A stretch of DNA of 64,000 nucleotides from an uncultured Clostridia bacterium. GTDB lineage: Bacteria; Bacillota; Clostridia; TANB77; CAG-508. The position numbers and the translations under genes are program-made. The stretch spans positions 15,577 to 79,576 of the forward strand of contig CAKPJC010000001.1 of the NCBI GenBank assembly GCA_934162535.1, read 5' to 3'. This document shows, piece after piece, positions 40,268 through 50,379 of the stretch. Below the pieces are notes generated by a model that worked only from the letters and a program-made list of their open reading frames with translations, did not search any database and was not told where the DNA came from. The first letter of the stretch is position 1; each line of letters opens with the position of its first letter.

Positions 40268-41097
40268 CAACAGCCCAAAAAATAATAAAATATTTAGCAA
40301 CTGCACTTGCCATATTCTTAATTATTGGAATAATATCAGCCATATTAAATTGTGGATATGCAATCTTAAAAGCAACAGGATTAATTAATAAAGAGAAAAA
40401 CAATTATAATGGAGAAACAATAATAATATCAGGAGAAACAACAGATATATCAAGATTAAAAATTGAATTAGAAACAGCAAGTCTTGAAATTAAAGAAGGA
40501 GAGAACTTCAAAGTAGAAACAGATAATCCAAAAATTGAATATAAAGAAGATAATGGAATTATAGAAATAAAAGAACAACATCAAAGTTGGAAAAATAACA
40601 ATAAGAATAATTCATTAGTAGTATATATTCCAGGAAGTATGAAAGAAATAACTAACACAAAAATTGAAACAGGAGCGGGAAATGTAACAATAAATAAACT
40701 TAATACACAAGAATTAAATCTAAAATTAGGTGCAGGAGAAGTAATTATTGAGAATACAAAAGTAACTCAAAATCTAGAAATTGATGGAGGCGTTGGCAAA
40801 AATACTATAAGGTCAAGTGAAATAAATAACCTAATTGCAGACCTAGGAGTTGGAGAATTTAATTTTTATGGAAAACTTACTGGGAAAAGTGATATAAATT
40901 CAGGAGTAGGGGCTGTAAATTTGGGAATAACAGGGACAAAAGAAGACTATACATTTGAATTTAACAAAGGGGTAGGAAATATATATATTGATGGAGAAAA
41001 AATTAGTCAAGAAGGTAAATACGGAAGTGGAAATAATTATTTAAGCATTGATGGAGGAATAGGAGAAATCAAAATAAATTTTGACAAGGAAAAGTAA
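40264..41097 (+). CDS. DUF4097-type putative adhesin-like beta-repeat protein (LiaG-like) with N-terminal TM
   Basis: Repeated G.G.V/I beta-strand blocks (GAGNVTI, GAGEVII, DGGVGKNTI, GVGEFNF, GVGAVNL, GVGNIYI, DGGIGEIKI). Its start overlaps the upstream gene by 4 nt (ATGA). Confidence 0.6.
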   Translation: MTTAQKIIKYLATALAIFLIIGIISAILNCGYAILKATGLINKEKNNYNGETIIISGETTDISRLKIELETASLEIKEGENFKVETDNPKIEYKEDNGIIEIKEQHQSWKNNNKNNSLVVYIPGSMKEITNTKIETGAGNVTINKLNTQELNLKLGAGEVIIENTKVTQNLEIDGGVGKNTIRSSEINNLIADLGVGEFNFYGKLTGKSDINSGVGAVNLGITGTKEDYTFEFNKGVGNIYIDGEKISQEGKYGSGNNYLSIDGGIGEIKINFDKEK

Positions 41098-41101
41098 AAA
41101 A

Positions 41102-41130
41102 TTGAAAAAACAGAATAAAAATGGTATAAT
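41102..41130 (+). promoter_or_regulatory. sigma-A promoter (TTGAAA-17-TGgTATAAT, extended -10) for the GC-rich 84-aa gene
   Basis: Hexamers at 41102-41107 and 41125-41130 with TG at 41122-41123. The SD AAAGGAGG lies at 41160-41167. Confidence 0.55.
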
Positions 41131-41173
41131 ATATGCATAAAGTCCAATAGGACTAATAAAAGGAGGAAGCAAA

Positions 41174-41428
41174 ATGAGTTCTTACGGAACAGTACGGTAT
41201 GTAGAAAGCATACTGGAGCCACCAGAAAGTGCCGAGTTTCTCCTGAGGGAACGTTCAGATGACGTCGTACTCGAGAGGTATGAAGGGTACAGATATTCAG
41301 AGGTAATCTTTGAATTCAAACCCAATGCACTTATTCCGGAGAACATCCGGAACACCCTTAAGAAAGCAAGAGAACTTATTAACAGCCATAAGACCATATG
41401 GGTAGTGAGAGAACCTAGAAAAAAATAA
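41174..41428 (+). CDS. 84-aa hypothetical protein with anomalously high GC and foreign codon usage
   Basis: The ORF has a strong SD, its own promoter and its own terminator. By eye the GC is about 43%, with ACG, CCG, CTC, GTC and CGG codons untypical of the host. Confidence 0.65.
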   Translation: MSSYGTVRYVESILEPPESAEFLLRERSDDVVLERYEGYRYSEVIFEFKPNALIPENIRNTLKKARELINSHKTIWVVREPRKK

Positions 41429-41440
41429 AATCCTCCTAAA

Positions 41441-41469
41441 AGGCCACCAAAAATAAGGTGGTCTTTTTC
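41441..41469 (+). terminator. rho-independent terminator (AGGCCACC-AAAAATAA-GGTGGTCT followed by T5)
   Basis: 8-bp stem with one G-U pair, followed by TTTTT. Confidence 0.65.
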
Positions 41470-41592
41470 TGATATAAAGAATATGGAGTTCAACAAAAAA
41501 ACAAAAAAATGTTTGCAAAATACTTGACAAAACAAAAAAGAAATAATAAAATAACGACGAACATAAATTTGGGTAGATAAAAGGAGGAGTAT

Positions 41593-43224
41593 ATGATAAC
41601 AAACTTACACATAAAAAATATAGGAATAATAGAAGAAATTGAAATAGAACTAAATAAAGGAATGAATGTACTAACAGGAGAAACAGGAGCAGGAAAAAGT
41701 TTAATAATAGATTCATTAAACATAATATGTGGAGGCAGATTTTCAAAAGAAATGATAAGAAGAGGAGAAAATTATTCATATGTAGAATTATGTATGTATG
41801 CTCCAGAAGATCCAAACTCAAAAGAAGGAAACATCATAATAACAAGAGAAATATATAGTAATGGGAGAAACATGTGTAAAATAAATGGCAGATTAACAAC
41901 AGTAGCAGAACTAAAAAAATTCATGTCAAACTACATAGAAATACATGGACAAAATGACAACCAGCAATTACTAGACAACAGAACACACATAAAATATTTA
42001 GATAGCTTTATAGGTAAAGAAATAGAAAGAGAAAAAGAAAAATATCAAGAAAAATATATAAGATACAACCAAATAAAAAAAGAATTAAGAGAAAACTATG
42101 GAGACGAAAAAGAAAAACAAAGAAAAATTGACTTATTAAAATATCAAGCAAATGAAATATCAGAAGCAAAATTAAAGGATGGAGAAGAAGAAAAACTAGA
42201 AGAAAAAAGAAAAATAATAGCCAACTCTGAAAAAGTAGCCAAAAATCTAAAAGAGGCAGAAGAAGCAATAGGGGAAAACACAATAGATATAATAGGAAAT
42301 GCAATAAAAGCGTTAGAAAAAATAGAAAACATAGACATCAAATATCAACAAACAGCAGAAGAATTAAAAAATATATATTATGGGCTACAGGAAGTATCAA
42401 GAAACATATATGAATACAGTGAAGACATAGAATATAATGAGCAAGAAATAAATGAAACAGAAAACAGGCTAGATACAATATACAACCTAAAAAGAAAATA
42501 TGGAAACAACATAAAAGAAATATTAAAATATCAAAAAGAAGTAGAAGAAGAAATAGAAAAAATAGAAAACCTAGAAGAACACAACAGTAAACTAAAACAA
42601 GAACAAAAAGAAATAGAAAAAGAAATGAACATAATAGCAGGAAAAATAAGTGAAACAAGAAAAAAATATGCACAAGAACTAAGTTACAAAATAAACCAAG
42701 AGCTAATAGAACTTGAAATGAAAAATGCTCAAATCAATGTAAGAGTAGACTACAACATAAACGAATACTATGAAAATGGAAAAGATGAAGTAAAAATATA
42801 CATAAAAACAAATATAGGAGAAAAAGAAAACGAACTTACAAAAATAGCATCAGGAGGAGAAATGTCAAGAATAATGTTAGCAATAAAAAAAGTACTAGCA
42901 GAAACAGACCAAATGCCAACACTAATATTTGACGAAATAGACACAGGAATAAGTGGAAAGGCAGGAGTAACAGTAGCAGAAAAAATAAAACACATATCAA
43001 AAACACATCAAGTGCTATGTGTATCACACTTACCAGCAATAGCAGCAAATGCAGATTATAATTACTATATAAGCAAAAAAGTAGAAAATGACAGAACAAG
43101 AACAGAAATCAAATTATTAAATGAAAAAGAGACAATATGTGAAATAGCCAGAATATCATCAGGAGAAATAAATGAAATAACACTTAAATATGCAAGTGAA
43201 TTAAGAAATAAAAAAGCATCATAG
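41593..43224 (+). CDS. recN: DNA repair protein RecN
   Basis: N-terminal Walker A GETGAGKS, a long central coiled coil and the C-terminal SMC signature region (ASGGEMSRIMLAIK...LIFDEIDTGISG). Confidence 0.9.
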   Translation: MITNLHIKNIGIIEEIEIELNKGMNVLTGETGAGKSLIIDSLNIICGGRFSKEMIRRGENYSYVELCMYAPEDPNSKEGNIIITREIYSNGRNMCKINGRLTTVAELKKFMSNYIEIHGQNDNQQLLDNRTHIKYLDSFIGKEIEREKEKYQEKYIRYNQIKKELRENYGDEKEKQRKIDLLKYQANEISEAKLKDGEEEKLEEKRKIIANSEKVAKNLKEAEEAIGENTIDIIGNAIKALEKIENIDIKYQQTAEELKNIYYGLQEVSRNIYEYSEDIEYNEQEINETENRLDTIYNLKRKYGNNIKEILKYQKEVEEEIEKIENLEEHNSKLKQEQKEIEKEMNIIAGKISETRKKYAQELSYKINQELIELEMKNAQINVRVDYNINEYYENGKDEVKIYIKTNIGEKENELTKIASGGEMSRIMLAIKKVLAETDQMPTLIFDEIDTGISGKAGVTVAEKIKHISKTHQVLCVSHLPAIAANADYNYYISKKVENDRTRTEIKLLNEKETICEIARISSGEINEITLKYASELRNKKAS

Positions 43225-43302
43225 AATTAAGATAATATTAATAAAAAAATATAGAAAAAAAAGAAACAAAATGGTATAATAAATCCGAAAGAAGGGAATA
43301 AA

Positions 43303-43830
43303 ATGCCAGAACCTATTGAAGTTACAAAAATGAAACAAAACTCAGAAAACAAAGAATATGTTATTGAAAACGTAAAAAAAACAGGAGCGTTACTAGAATT
43401 TGCATGTGACCAACTAAAAGATGATAAAGAAGTGGTAATGGAAGCAGTAAAAAACAATCCAGAGGCACTAGAATTTGCAAGTGACAGACTAAAAGGAGAC
43501 AGAGAAATAGTATATGAGTCAGTAAGTAATGTGGGGTGGACATATTGCTATGCAAAAGAAAACCTACTAGATGACAAAGAATTGCTAATATCAGGACTAA
43601 AGAAAAACGGTCAAATACTATATTTTGCTACAAAAGAAATGAGAGACGATAAAGAAGTGGTAAAAGAGGCAGTTGCAAATAAACCAATAATAATAAAATA
43701 TGCAAGTGATAGGCTAAAAGAAGACAAAGAGATAGGAAATATAGCAATGCAAAAAAACAAAAAATGCTATGAATTTTTAGGACCGGAACTAAAAAAAGAT
43801 GAAGAAATACTAAATGTATTAAATTCATAA
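43303..43830 (+). CDS. DUF4116 repeat protein
   Basis: About six 25-30-aa repeats of the form (L/F)(E/K)FA(S/C)D.LK.D(K/R)E(V/I)V..AV. Confidence 0.6.
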   Translation: MPEPIEVTKMKQNSENKEYVIENVKKTGALLEFACDQLKDDKEVVMEAVKNNPEALEFASDRLKGDREIVYESVSNVGWTYCYAKENLLDDKELLISGLKKNGQILYFATKEMRDDKEVVKEAVANKPIIIKYASDRLKEDKEIGNIAMQKNKKCYEFLGPELKKDEEILNVLNS

Positions 43831-43864
43831 AAGAAAGGGGGAAGTCGAGTAAAGCTCGGTAAAA

Positions 43865-44470
43865 ATGATAAAATTGAGGAAAATAAATAAGGGACTTATA
43901 CTAACAATAATAGTAATATTAGCATTAGTGATATATTTAGTAGGGGTTGAAAAGCAAAGAGAAGCAGACAAACAAGAAATAAAAAATGCATGTGAGGAAT
44001 TTTTAAAATTTAGAGACAAATACACTGTGTTACCAGAACAAGAACAAACAGTAACAACACCTATATCAGAACAGGTAAAAGAACAAGCTGAAAAAGAATT
44101 AAAACAAGAACTTGAAAAACAAATGATAAATAATAATGAGGCAATAGAAATACAATACGATTATTTATTATCAACACTACAAAAGGGATATGAAAATGAA
44201 AATATAAAATCAAAATGTAAAAGAACAATAGACAAAATAACAGAATATGAATTTGACGGAAATCAAGTAACTGTAAGATTTAATTCAACAGAAGAATTAA
44301 CATATAAATACATAGATCAAGAAACAGGAAAAGAGATGGAAAATCAAGAAAAAAATAATTATATTGGAAACGAAATTATATTACAAAAAGTAGATAAACA
44401 GTGGAAAATAGTATATTCAACATTAATTGAGAGTGATAGTTTACAATTTGTTGATACAATAATGAGATAA
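43865..44470 (+). CDS. membrane-anchored hypothetical protein (N-terminal TM)
   Basis: ORF with an N-terminal hydrophobic segment, located upstream of an ABC transporter pair. Confidence 0.55.
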   Translation: MIKLRKINKGLILTIIVILALVIYLVGVEKQREADKQEIKNACEEFLKFRDKYTVLPEQEQTVTTPISEQVKEQAEKELKQELEKQMINNNEAIEIQYDYLLSTLQKGYENENIKSKCKRTIDKITEYEFDGNQVTVRFNSTEELTYKYIDQETGKEMENQEKNNYIGNEIILQKVDKQWKIVYSTLIESDSLQFVDTIMR

Positions 44471-44478
44471 AAAAAGAG

Positions 44479-45414
44479 GTGAAAGAATTGAATAAAACAG
44501 TGCTTGAAATAAAGAACTTAAATAAATCATATGGCAAAAGAAAAATAATTGATAATATAAGTTTAGAAGTCAAAGAAGGAGAAATATTCGGATTTTTAGG
44601 ACCAAATGGTTCAGGTAAAACAACAACAATAAAAATGATTTTAAGACTTATAGAAATGGACTCTGGAGAAATAAAAGTAAATGGATATGACAACAAAAAG
44701 CAATTTGAAAAAGCAATGGAATGTATTGGCGCAATAGTAGAAAATCCAGATATGTATAAATACATGTCTGCAAAAGATAATTTGAAATTACATGCAAGAA
44801 TAAGAAATATAAAACCAGAAAGAATAGATGAAGTTATAAAACTAGTTGGACTAAAAGGAAGAGAAAATGATAAAGTTTCAAAATACTCATTAGGTATGAA
44901 ACAAAGACTTGGGTTAGCGTTAACACTATTACATAATCCTAAAATACTAATATTAGATGAGCCTACAAATGGATTGGATCCAGCAGGAATAAAGCAATTG
45001 AGAGACATATTAAAAGAAATATCTCATAAAAAGGGGGTTGCTGTATTTGTATCATCACACATATTATCAGAAATGCAATTAATGTGTGATAGAGTGGCAG
45101 TTATAGATAACGGAAAAATCGTAAAAATTCAAAAAGTAAAACAACAAATAAATGAAGAAGAATTAGAAAAAGTAGAATTAAGAGTAATAGAAAAAGAAAA
45201 AGCAAATCAAATACTAAAAGAAAAATACAATATAACACCTAGCAAAATTGATAATGAAATAGAATTTACAGTAAAAGAAAAAGAACTAGCAGAAATAATA
45301 AAAGAATTAGCAGTAAATGATGTAGGAATAAGAGCGATAATACCAAAAGAGCATACACTTGAAGAAATATTCTTTGATGCAACAAATAAGGGGGAAGATG
45401 ATGAAAATATTTAG
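44479..45414 (+). CDS. ABC transporter ATP-binding protein (BcrA/ABC-2 subtype); start probably TTG 44488 or GTG 44479
   Basis: Walker A GPNGSGKTT, signature LSLGMKQRL and Walker B ILILDEPTNGLD. Confidence 0.85.
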   Translation: MKELNKTVLEIKNLNKSYGKRKIIDNISLEVKEGEIFGFLGPNGSGKTTTIKMILRLIEMDSGEIKVNGYDNKKQFEKAMECIGAIVENPDMYKYMSAKDNLKLHARIRNIKPERIDEVIKLVGLKGRENDKVSKYSLGMKQRLGLALTLLHNPKILILDEPTNGLDPAGIKQLRDILKEISHKKGVAVFVSSHILSEMQLMCDRVAVIDNGKIVKIQKVKQQINEEELEKVELRVIEKEKANQILKEKYNITPSKIDNEIEFTVKEKELAEIIKELAVNDVGIRAIIPKEHTLEEIFFDATNKGEDDENI

Positions 45415-46825
45415 ATTATTTATTAATGAAAATATAAAAACCTGGAAAAAGTTTTCAACCAAAATGTTAATAGTTATTGTTTTACTTTCAATTGTTGCAG
45501 TACTTGGAATGGCAAAGCTAATGGGAAGTCTTGAAGGTAATATCCCATATGTTATTGATAATAATAATGAAGAAAGCATAAAAATGCAAATTGAATATTT
45601 AAAAGAAGAATTAAAAAATGCAAATCTTGACGAAGAAAGTAAAGCACAAATACAATCACAAATAGATGAATATCAAATTTATTTGGACTATGGAATAGAA
45701 CAATATGGAAATACATGGAAAAATGACATAGTCAATCAAATAACAAATGCAAAATTAAGTGGGGAAACAGAAAAAGTAAATCAATTAATAGGAATATTAA
45801 AAGAAAACAGTTTTGAAAAATATGTAGAAAACCAAAAAGAAATATTGCAACAAGATTTAAAAAATAAAATTATCACAGAACAAGAATACAATGACAGTAA
45901 ACAAATACTAGAATTAAAAGCAAAATATGATATTGGAAAAAATGCAAGAGAAGATAGCTGGAAAAATGATGTAATAAAAGAAATTGAAAATTGTCAAAAA
46001 AGTATAAGAACAGGAATAAATCAAACAACAAGAAAAGTACTAAAAGTTGAAGAAAAACAAGAATTAGAAAATATTATAAAAATTGATATATATAGATTAG
46101 AAAACACAATACCACCAGCACAGCAAGACTCAAATAATAATTATAGAATGAGATATGAAATGATGGCATCAACATTTGGAATAGCAATAATATCAATAGT
46201 AGCAATAATCATAGCTGGTGGTGCAATATCAACAGAAACATCAGAAGGAACCATAAAATTCTGGGCACTAACGCCAAACAAAAGGTGGAAAATACTAACC
46301 GCAAAATTATTATCATTATTATTTTATATAATAGTAATAACACTAATATGTTCAATATTTAGCATAATAATTGCAAATGTATTTTTTGATGATAGAGGAG
46401 AAACCTATCTATATATGCACAATGGTCAGGTAAAAGAAATTGGAAATACATTATATACAATAGAGCAATACTTAGTAAAATCAATACCAATAATCATATT
46501 TGCACTATTTGCAATGATGTTATCAGTTGTGACAAGAAACACGGCAGTTTCAGTAAGTATAGGAATAGCACTATATATGGGAAATGGAATTTTCATGGCA
46601 ATAATAAATAATTTTGTACACAAAGATTGGGTAAAATATATACCATTTAACAATCTTGACATAGCAGATAAAATATTTCCAAATTCAGCAAAATTATTAG
46701 ATATGGGATTTAACACATTTGCAAAATCAACATCTCTAGGATTTTCATTTACAGTACTAGGAGTATGTGCAATATTAATGTTAGTTACAATGTATGATAG
46801 TTTTAACAAAAGAGATATAATATAA
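45398..46825 (+). CDS. ABC-2-type transporter permease with a large extracytoplasmic domain between TM1 and the C-terminal TM bundle
   Basis: N-terminal TM, a hydrophilic domain of about 230 aa, then about 5 TM segments. ATG 45398/45401 is preceded by AAGGGGGAAG and overlaps the ATPase stop. Confidence 0.7.
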   Translation: MMKIFRLFINENIKTWKKFSTKMLIVIVLLSIVAVLGMAKLMGSLEGNIPYVIDNNNEESIKMQIEYLKEELKNANLDEESKAQIQSQIDEYQIYLDYGIEQYGNTWKNDIVNQITNAKLSGETEKVNQLIGILKENSFEKYVENQKEILQQDLKNKIITEQEYNDSKQILELKAKYDIGKNAREDSWKNDVIKEIENCQKSIRTGINQTTRKVLKVEEKQELENIIKIDIYRLENTIPPAQQDSNNNYRMRYEMMASTFGIAIISIVAIIIAGGAISTETSEGTIKFWALTPNKRWKILTAKLLSLLFYIIVITLICSIFSIIIANVFFDDRGETYLYMHNGQVKEIGNTLYTIEQYLVKSIPIIIFALFAMMLSVVTRNTAVSVSIGIALYMGNGIFMAIINNFVHKDWVKYIPFNNLDIADKIFPNSAKLLDMGFNTFAKSTSLGFSFTVLGVCAILMLVTMYDSFNKRDII

Positions 46826-46977
46826 AAACAGTAGAAAATAAAAAAATAGCAGAAACACTTGATTTTTATGGAAAAATATAGTACAATGGTTGTGTAAAAA
46901 ATACCTTAAACTTAGCTCAATAAAAGACACCTAGTATTGAAGCTCGGTATAAGGAGGAAAAATTAGGAGGTGTAATT

Positions 46978-47241
46978 ATGACAGTAGAAAAGAAACAAGA
47001 AATCATCAAAAACTTTAGAAGAGATGAAAAAGATACTGGTTCATCAGAAGTGCAAATAGCTCTATTAACAGAAAGAATAAATGAATTAACAGAGCACTTA
47101 AAAGTTCATAAAAAAGACAATCATTCAAGAAGAGGACTTCTAAAAATGGTTGGAAAAAGAAGAAACTTATTAAATTACTTAGCTAAAAAAGACGAAGAAG
47201 CATACAAAGCACTAGTTAGAAAATTAGGACTAAGAAAATAA
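46978..47241 (+). CDS. rpsO: 30S ribosomal protein S15
   Basis: [22 protein letters not shown]...[14 protein letters not shown], 87 aa. Confidence 0.95.
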   Translation: MTVEKKQEIIKNFRRDEKDTGSSEVQIALLTERINELTEHLKVHKKDNHSRRGLLKMVGKRRNLLNYLAKKDEEAYKALVRKLGLRK

Positions 47242-47253
47242 TTAAAAAGTTGT

Positions 47254-47288
47254 AAGAGGCGTGTGCAACAGAGCTAACGCCTCTTTTG
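47254..47288 (+). terminator. rho-independent terminator after rpsO (AGAGGCG...CGCCTCT followed by T4)
   Basis: GC-rich 7-bp stem with a structured 16-nt loop, followed by TTTT. Confidence 0.6.
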
Positions 47289-47445
47289 ATATAATAAGTA
47301 AAAAATTATTATAAAATAGGTAAACTTAGATTAGAAAAGTAGCTTGTATAATGTTTTAACGAAAATTAAAATATTATAGAGGTTACAATCTAATAAAGTT
47401 TACTTGAAAAAATAGGTGTAAATAAAATGAAAAAGGAGAAAAATT

Positions 47446-49590
47446 ATGTTTAAAAATTATGAAACAGAATTAGCAGGAAGAAAACTTACAATAGAAACAG
47501 GTAAACTTGCAGGATTAGCAAATGGAAATGTAGTAGTAAAATATGGAGACACAGTTGTAATGGTAAATGTTACAGCATCAAAAGAACCAAAAGATGGAAT
47601 AGACTTTTTTCCACTATCAGTAGATTATGAAGAAAAATTATACTCAGTAGGAAAAATTCCAGGTTCATACACAAAAAGAGAAGGAAAACCAAGTGACAAA
47701 GCAATACTTGTATCAAGAGCAATAGATAGACCATTAAGACCGCTATTTCCAAAAGACTTTAGAAATGATGTAGTGGTAGTTGCAACAGTATTAAGTGTAG
47801 AACAGGACAATTCACCAGAGGTTGCTGCAATGATAGGTGCTTCAGCAGCATTATCAATATCAGATATTCCATTTGGAGGACCAACAGCAGCAGTAAATGT
47901 TGGACTAGTAGATGGAGAAATAGTAATAAACCCAACAGAAGCACAGAGAGAAAAAAGCGATTTAACACTTACAGTAGCAGGAACAGCAGAAAAAATAGCA
48001 ATGATAGAAGCAGGAGCAAATGAAGTTCCTGAAGATGTAATGTTAGAAGCAATAAAAAAAGGTCATGAAGAAATCAAAAAAATATGTGAATTTATACAAA
48101 AAATAAAAGAAGAAATAGGAAAACCAAAATTTACATACAAATCATTTTCAGTTGAACATGATTTATATGAATATATAGAAGTAAACTTCACAGAAAAAAT
48201 GAAACAAGCTGTACAAGCAGTTGAGAAAGAAGAAAGAGATGAAAAAGTTTCAGCACTTTCAGAAGAGATAGAAAAAGCCATAGCAGAAAAAATGGGAGAA
48301 GAAGTTGTTGCAGAAAGAGCACAAGAGATAGGAGAAGCAATATACAAACTAGAAAAGAAATGTGTAAGAGACATGATATTCTATGAACATAAAAGAGTAG
48401 ATGGCAGAGCAATAGACGAAATAAGACCACTATCATGTGAAGTTGGTATTTTACCTCGTACACACGGAAGTGCTGTATTTACGAGAGGTCAAACACAAGT
48501 ATTATCAGTAGTAACACTTGGAATGATGAGTGAAGAACAAGAACTAGATGGAATAGATACAGAAAAATCAAAAAGATATATGCATCAATACAATTTCCCT
48601 GCATATAGTGTTGGAGAAGCAAGAGCATCAAGAGGACCAGGAAGAAGAGAAATAGGACATGGGGCATTAGCAGAGAAAGCACTAGTACCAGTACTACCAT
48701 CAAAAGAAGAATTCCCATATGCAATAAGAGTTGTATCAGAAGTATTATCATCAAATGGTTCAACATCACAAGCAAGTATATGTGGAAGTACATTAAGTTT
48801 AATGGATGCAGGTGTTCCAATAAAAAGACCAGTTGCAGGAATATCAACAGGACTTGTAACAAATCCAGAAAATCCTGATGATTATGTAATGCTAACAGAT
48901 ATTCAAGGGTTAGAGGACTTTTTCGGAGATATGGACTTCAAAGTTGGAGGAACAGAAAAAGGTATAACAGCAATACAGGTAGACATAAAAATAGACGGTT
49001 TGACATATAAAGTAATTGAAGAAGCATTTGCGAGAACAAAAGTAGCAAGGCAATATATATTAAATGATATAATGAAGCCACAAATAGCAGAACCAAGAGA
49101 AGAAATTTCTAAATATGCACCACATATAGTAACAACACAAATAAAAGTTGAAAAAATTAAAGATGTTATTGGAAAAGGTGGAGAAACAATAAATAAAATA
49201 ATAGATGAAACAGGAGTAAAAATTGACATAGAAGATGATGGACAAGTATTTATATATTCAGCAGACCAAGAAAAAGCATATCAAGCTTTAGACATGATAG
49301 AAAACATAGTTAGAGAAATAGAAGTAGGTCAAATCTATTATGGAACAGTATCAAGAACAACAAGCTTTGGAGCATTTGTTGACATTGGTGGTGGAAAAGA
49401 GGGACTAGTTCATATATCAAAAATAGCTAAAGAAAGAGTAAATAAAGTAGAAGATTATGTGAAAGTAGGAGATAAAGTTCCAGTAAAAGTAATTGGAATA
49501 GATGATCAAGGAAAGATAAATCTTACAATGAAAGACTTAGTTGATGAGAAATCAGAAGAAACAGAATCAGAACAAAATAATGAGAACTAA
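47446..49590 (+). CDS. pnp: polyribonucleotide nucleotidyltransferase (PNPase)
   Basis: Two RNase PH domains, a KH domain (GKGGETINKI) and a C-terminal S1 domain (GQIYYGTVSRTTSFGAFVDIGGGKEGLVHIS), 714 aa. Confidence 0.95.
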   Translation: MFKNYETELAGRKLTIETGKLAGLANGNVVVKYGDTVVMVNVTASKEPKDGIDFFPLSVDYEEKLYSVGKIPGSYTKREGKPSDKAILVSRAIDRPLRPLFPKDFRNDVVVVATVLSVEQDNSPEVAAMIGASAALSISDIPFGGPTAAVNVGLVDGEIVINPTEAQREKSDLTLTVAGTAEKIAMIEAGANEVPEDVMLEAIKKGHEEIKKICEFIQKIKEEIGKPKFTYKSFSVEHDLYEYIEVNFTEKMKQAVQAVEKEERDEKVSALSEEIEKAIAEKMGEEVVAERAQEIGEAIYKLEKKCVRDMIFYEHKRVDGRAIDEIRPLSCEVGILPRTHGSAVFTRGQTQVLSVVTLGMMSEEQELDGIDTEKSKRYMHQYNFPAYSVGEARASRGPGRREIGHGALAEKALVPVLPSKEEFPYAIRVVSEVLSSNGSTSQASICGSTLSLMDAGVPIKRPVAGISTGLVTNPENPDDYVMLTDIQGLEDFFGDMDFKVGGTEKGITAIQVDIKIDGLTYKVIEEAFARTKVARQYILNDIMKPQIAEPREEISKYAPHIVTTQIKVEKIKDVIGKGGETINKIIDETGVKIDIEDDGQVFIYSADQEKAYQALDMIENIVREIEVGQIYYGTVSRTTSFGAFVDIGGGKEGLVHISKIAKERVNKVEDYVKVGDKVPVKVIGIDDQGKINLTMKDLVDEKSEETESEQNNEN

Positions 49591-49613
49591 AAGAAGCAGT
49601 AATGCTTCTTTTG
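49591..49613 (+). terminator. hairpin terminator after pnp (AAGAAGCA-GTAA-TGCTTCTT then TTG)
   Basis: Perfect 8-bp stem; the T-run is partly within the stem. Confidence 0.45.
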
Positions 49614-49626
49614 TGTATCAAATAAA

Positions 49627-50346
49627 TTGGGAAGGAAGGGAAAAATGAAAAATCAGTTTACTAGAACAGAATTACTAATTGGAAAACAAAATGTAGAGAA
49701 ATTAAAAAATTCAAAAGTAATAGTATACGGAATTGGTGGAGTAGGCTCATTTGTTGTAGAGGGACTTGCAAGAGCAGGAATAGGACATATTGTGATAATT
49801 GACTTTGATAAGATTGATATTACAAATATAAATAGGCAAATAGAAGCAACACATTCAACGATTGGAAAAAACAAAATAGATGTCATGAAAGAAAGAATAC
49901 TAGACATCAATCCAGATACAATAGTAGAAGCATATTTACCAAGTGAAATAAAAGATGGAGAAACATCTATAATAAATTCGAAAACAGATTATGTAGTTGA
50001 TGCAATAGACACAATGAAAGTAAAGCTTGAAATAATAGAAAAGGCAAATAAAGAGGGAGCTCCAATAATATCTGCTACAAGTGCAGGAAATAAACTTGAA
50101 CCAACTAAATTTGAAGTTGCAGATATATATAAAACATCAGTATGTCCAGTATGTAAAAAACTGAGAAAGGAATTAAAAAATAGAGGAATAAAAAAACTTA
50201 AAGTTGTATATTCAAAAGAAGAGCCACACAAGTTATATTTAGATGAAAATATAAAAGAAAAAACAATAGGAAGTATATCATTTGTTCCATCAGTAGTAGG
50301 ACTTATTATTGCAAGTGAGGTAATAAAAGATATAATAAAGAAGTAA
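49627..50346 (+). CDS. tcdA: tRNA threonylcarbamoyladenosine dehydratase (ThiF/MoeB-family, TcdA/CsdL-like)
   Basis: Rossmann motif VYGIGGVGS, DFDKIDITNINRQ and a CPVC pair. Confidence 0.75.
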   Translation: MGRKGKMKNQFTRTELLIGKQNVEKLKNSKVIVYGIGGVGSFVVEGLARAGIGHIVIIDFDKIDITNINRQIEATHSTIGKNKIDVMKERILDINPDTIVEAYLPSEIKDGETSIINSKTDYVVDAIDTMKVKLEIIEKANKEGAPIISATSAGNKLEPTKFEVADIYKTSVCPVCKKLRKELKNRGIKKLKVVYSKEEPHKLYLDENIKEKTIGSISFVPSVVGLIIASEVIKDIIKK

Positions 50347-50379
50347 CCAAGTTTATGCTAGAATAGCAAAAAAGGGGGG

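Noticed and set aside
41560-41580. Possible LexA (Cheo-like) box upstream of recN (CGAACATAAATTTGG)
   Set aside because: Only one half-site (CGAAC) matches; the GTTC half is absent, so it is not a convincing SOS box.
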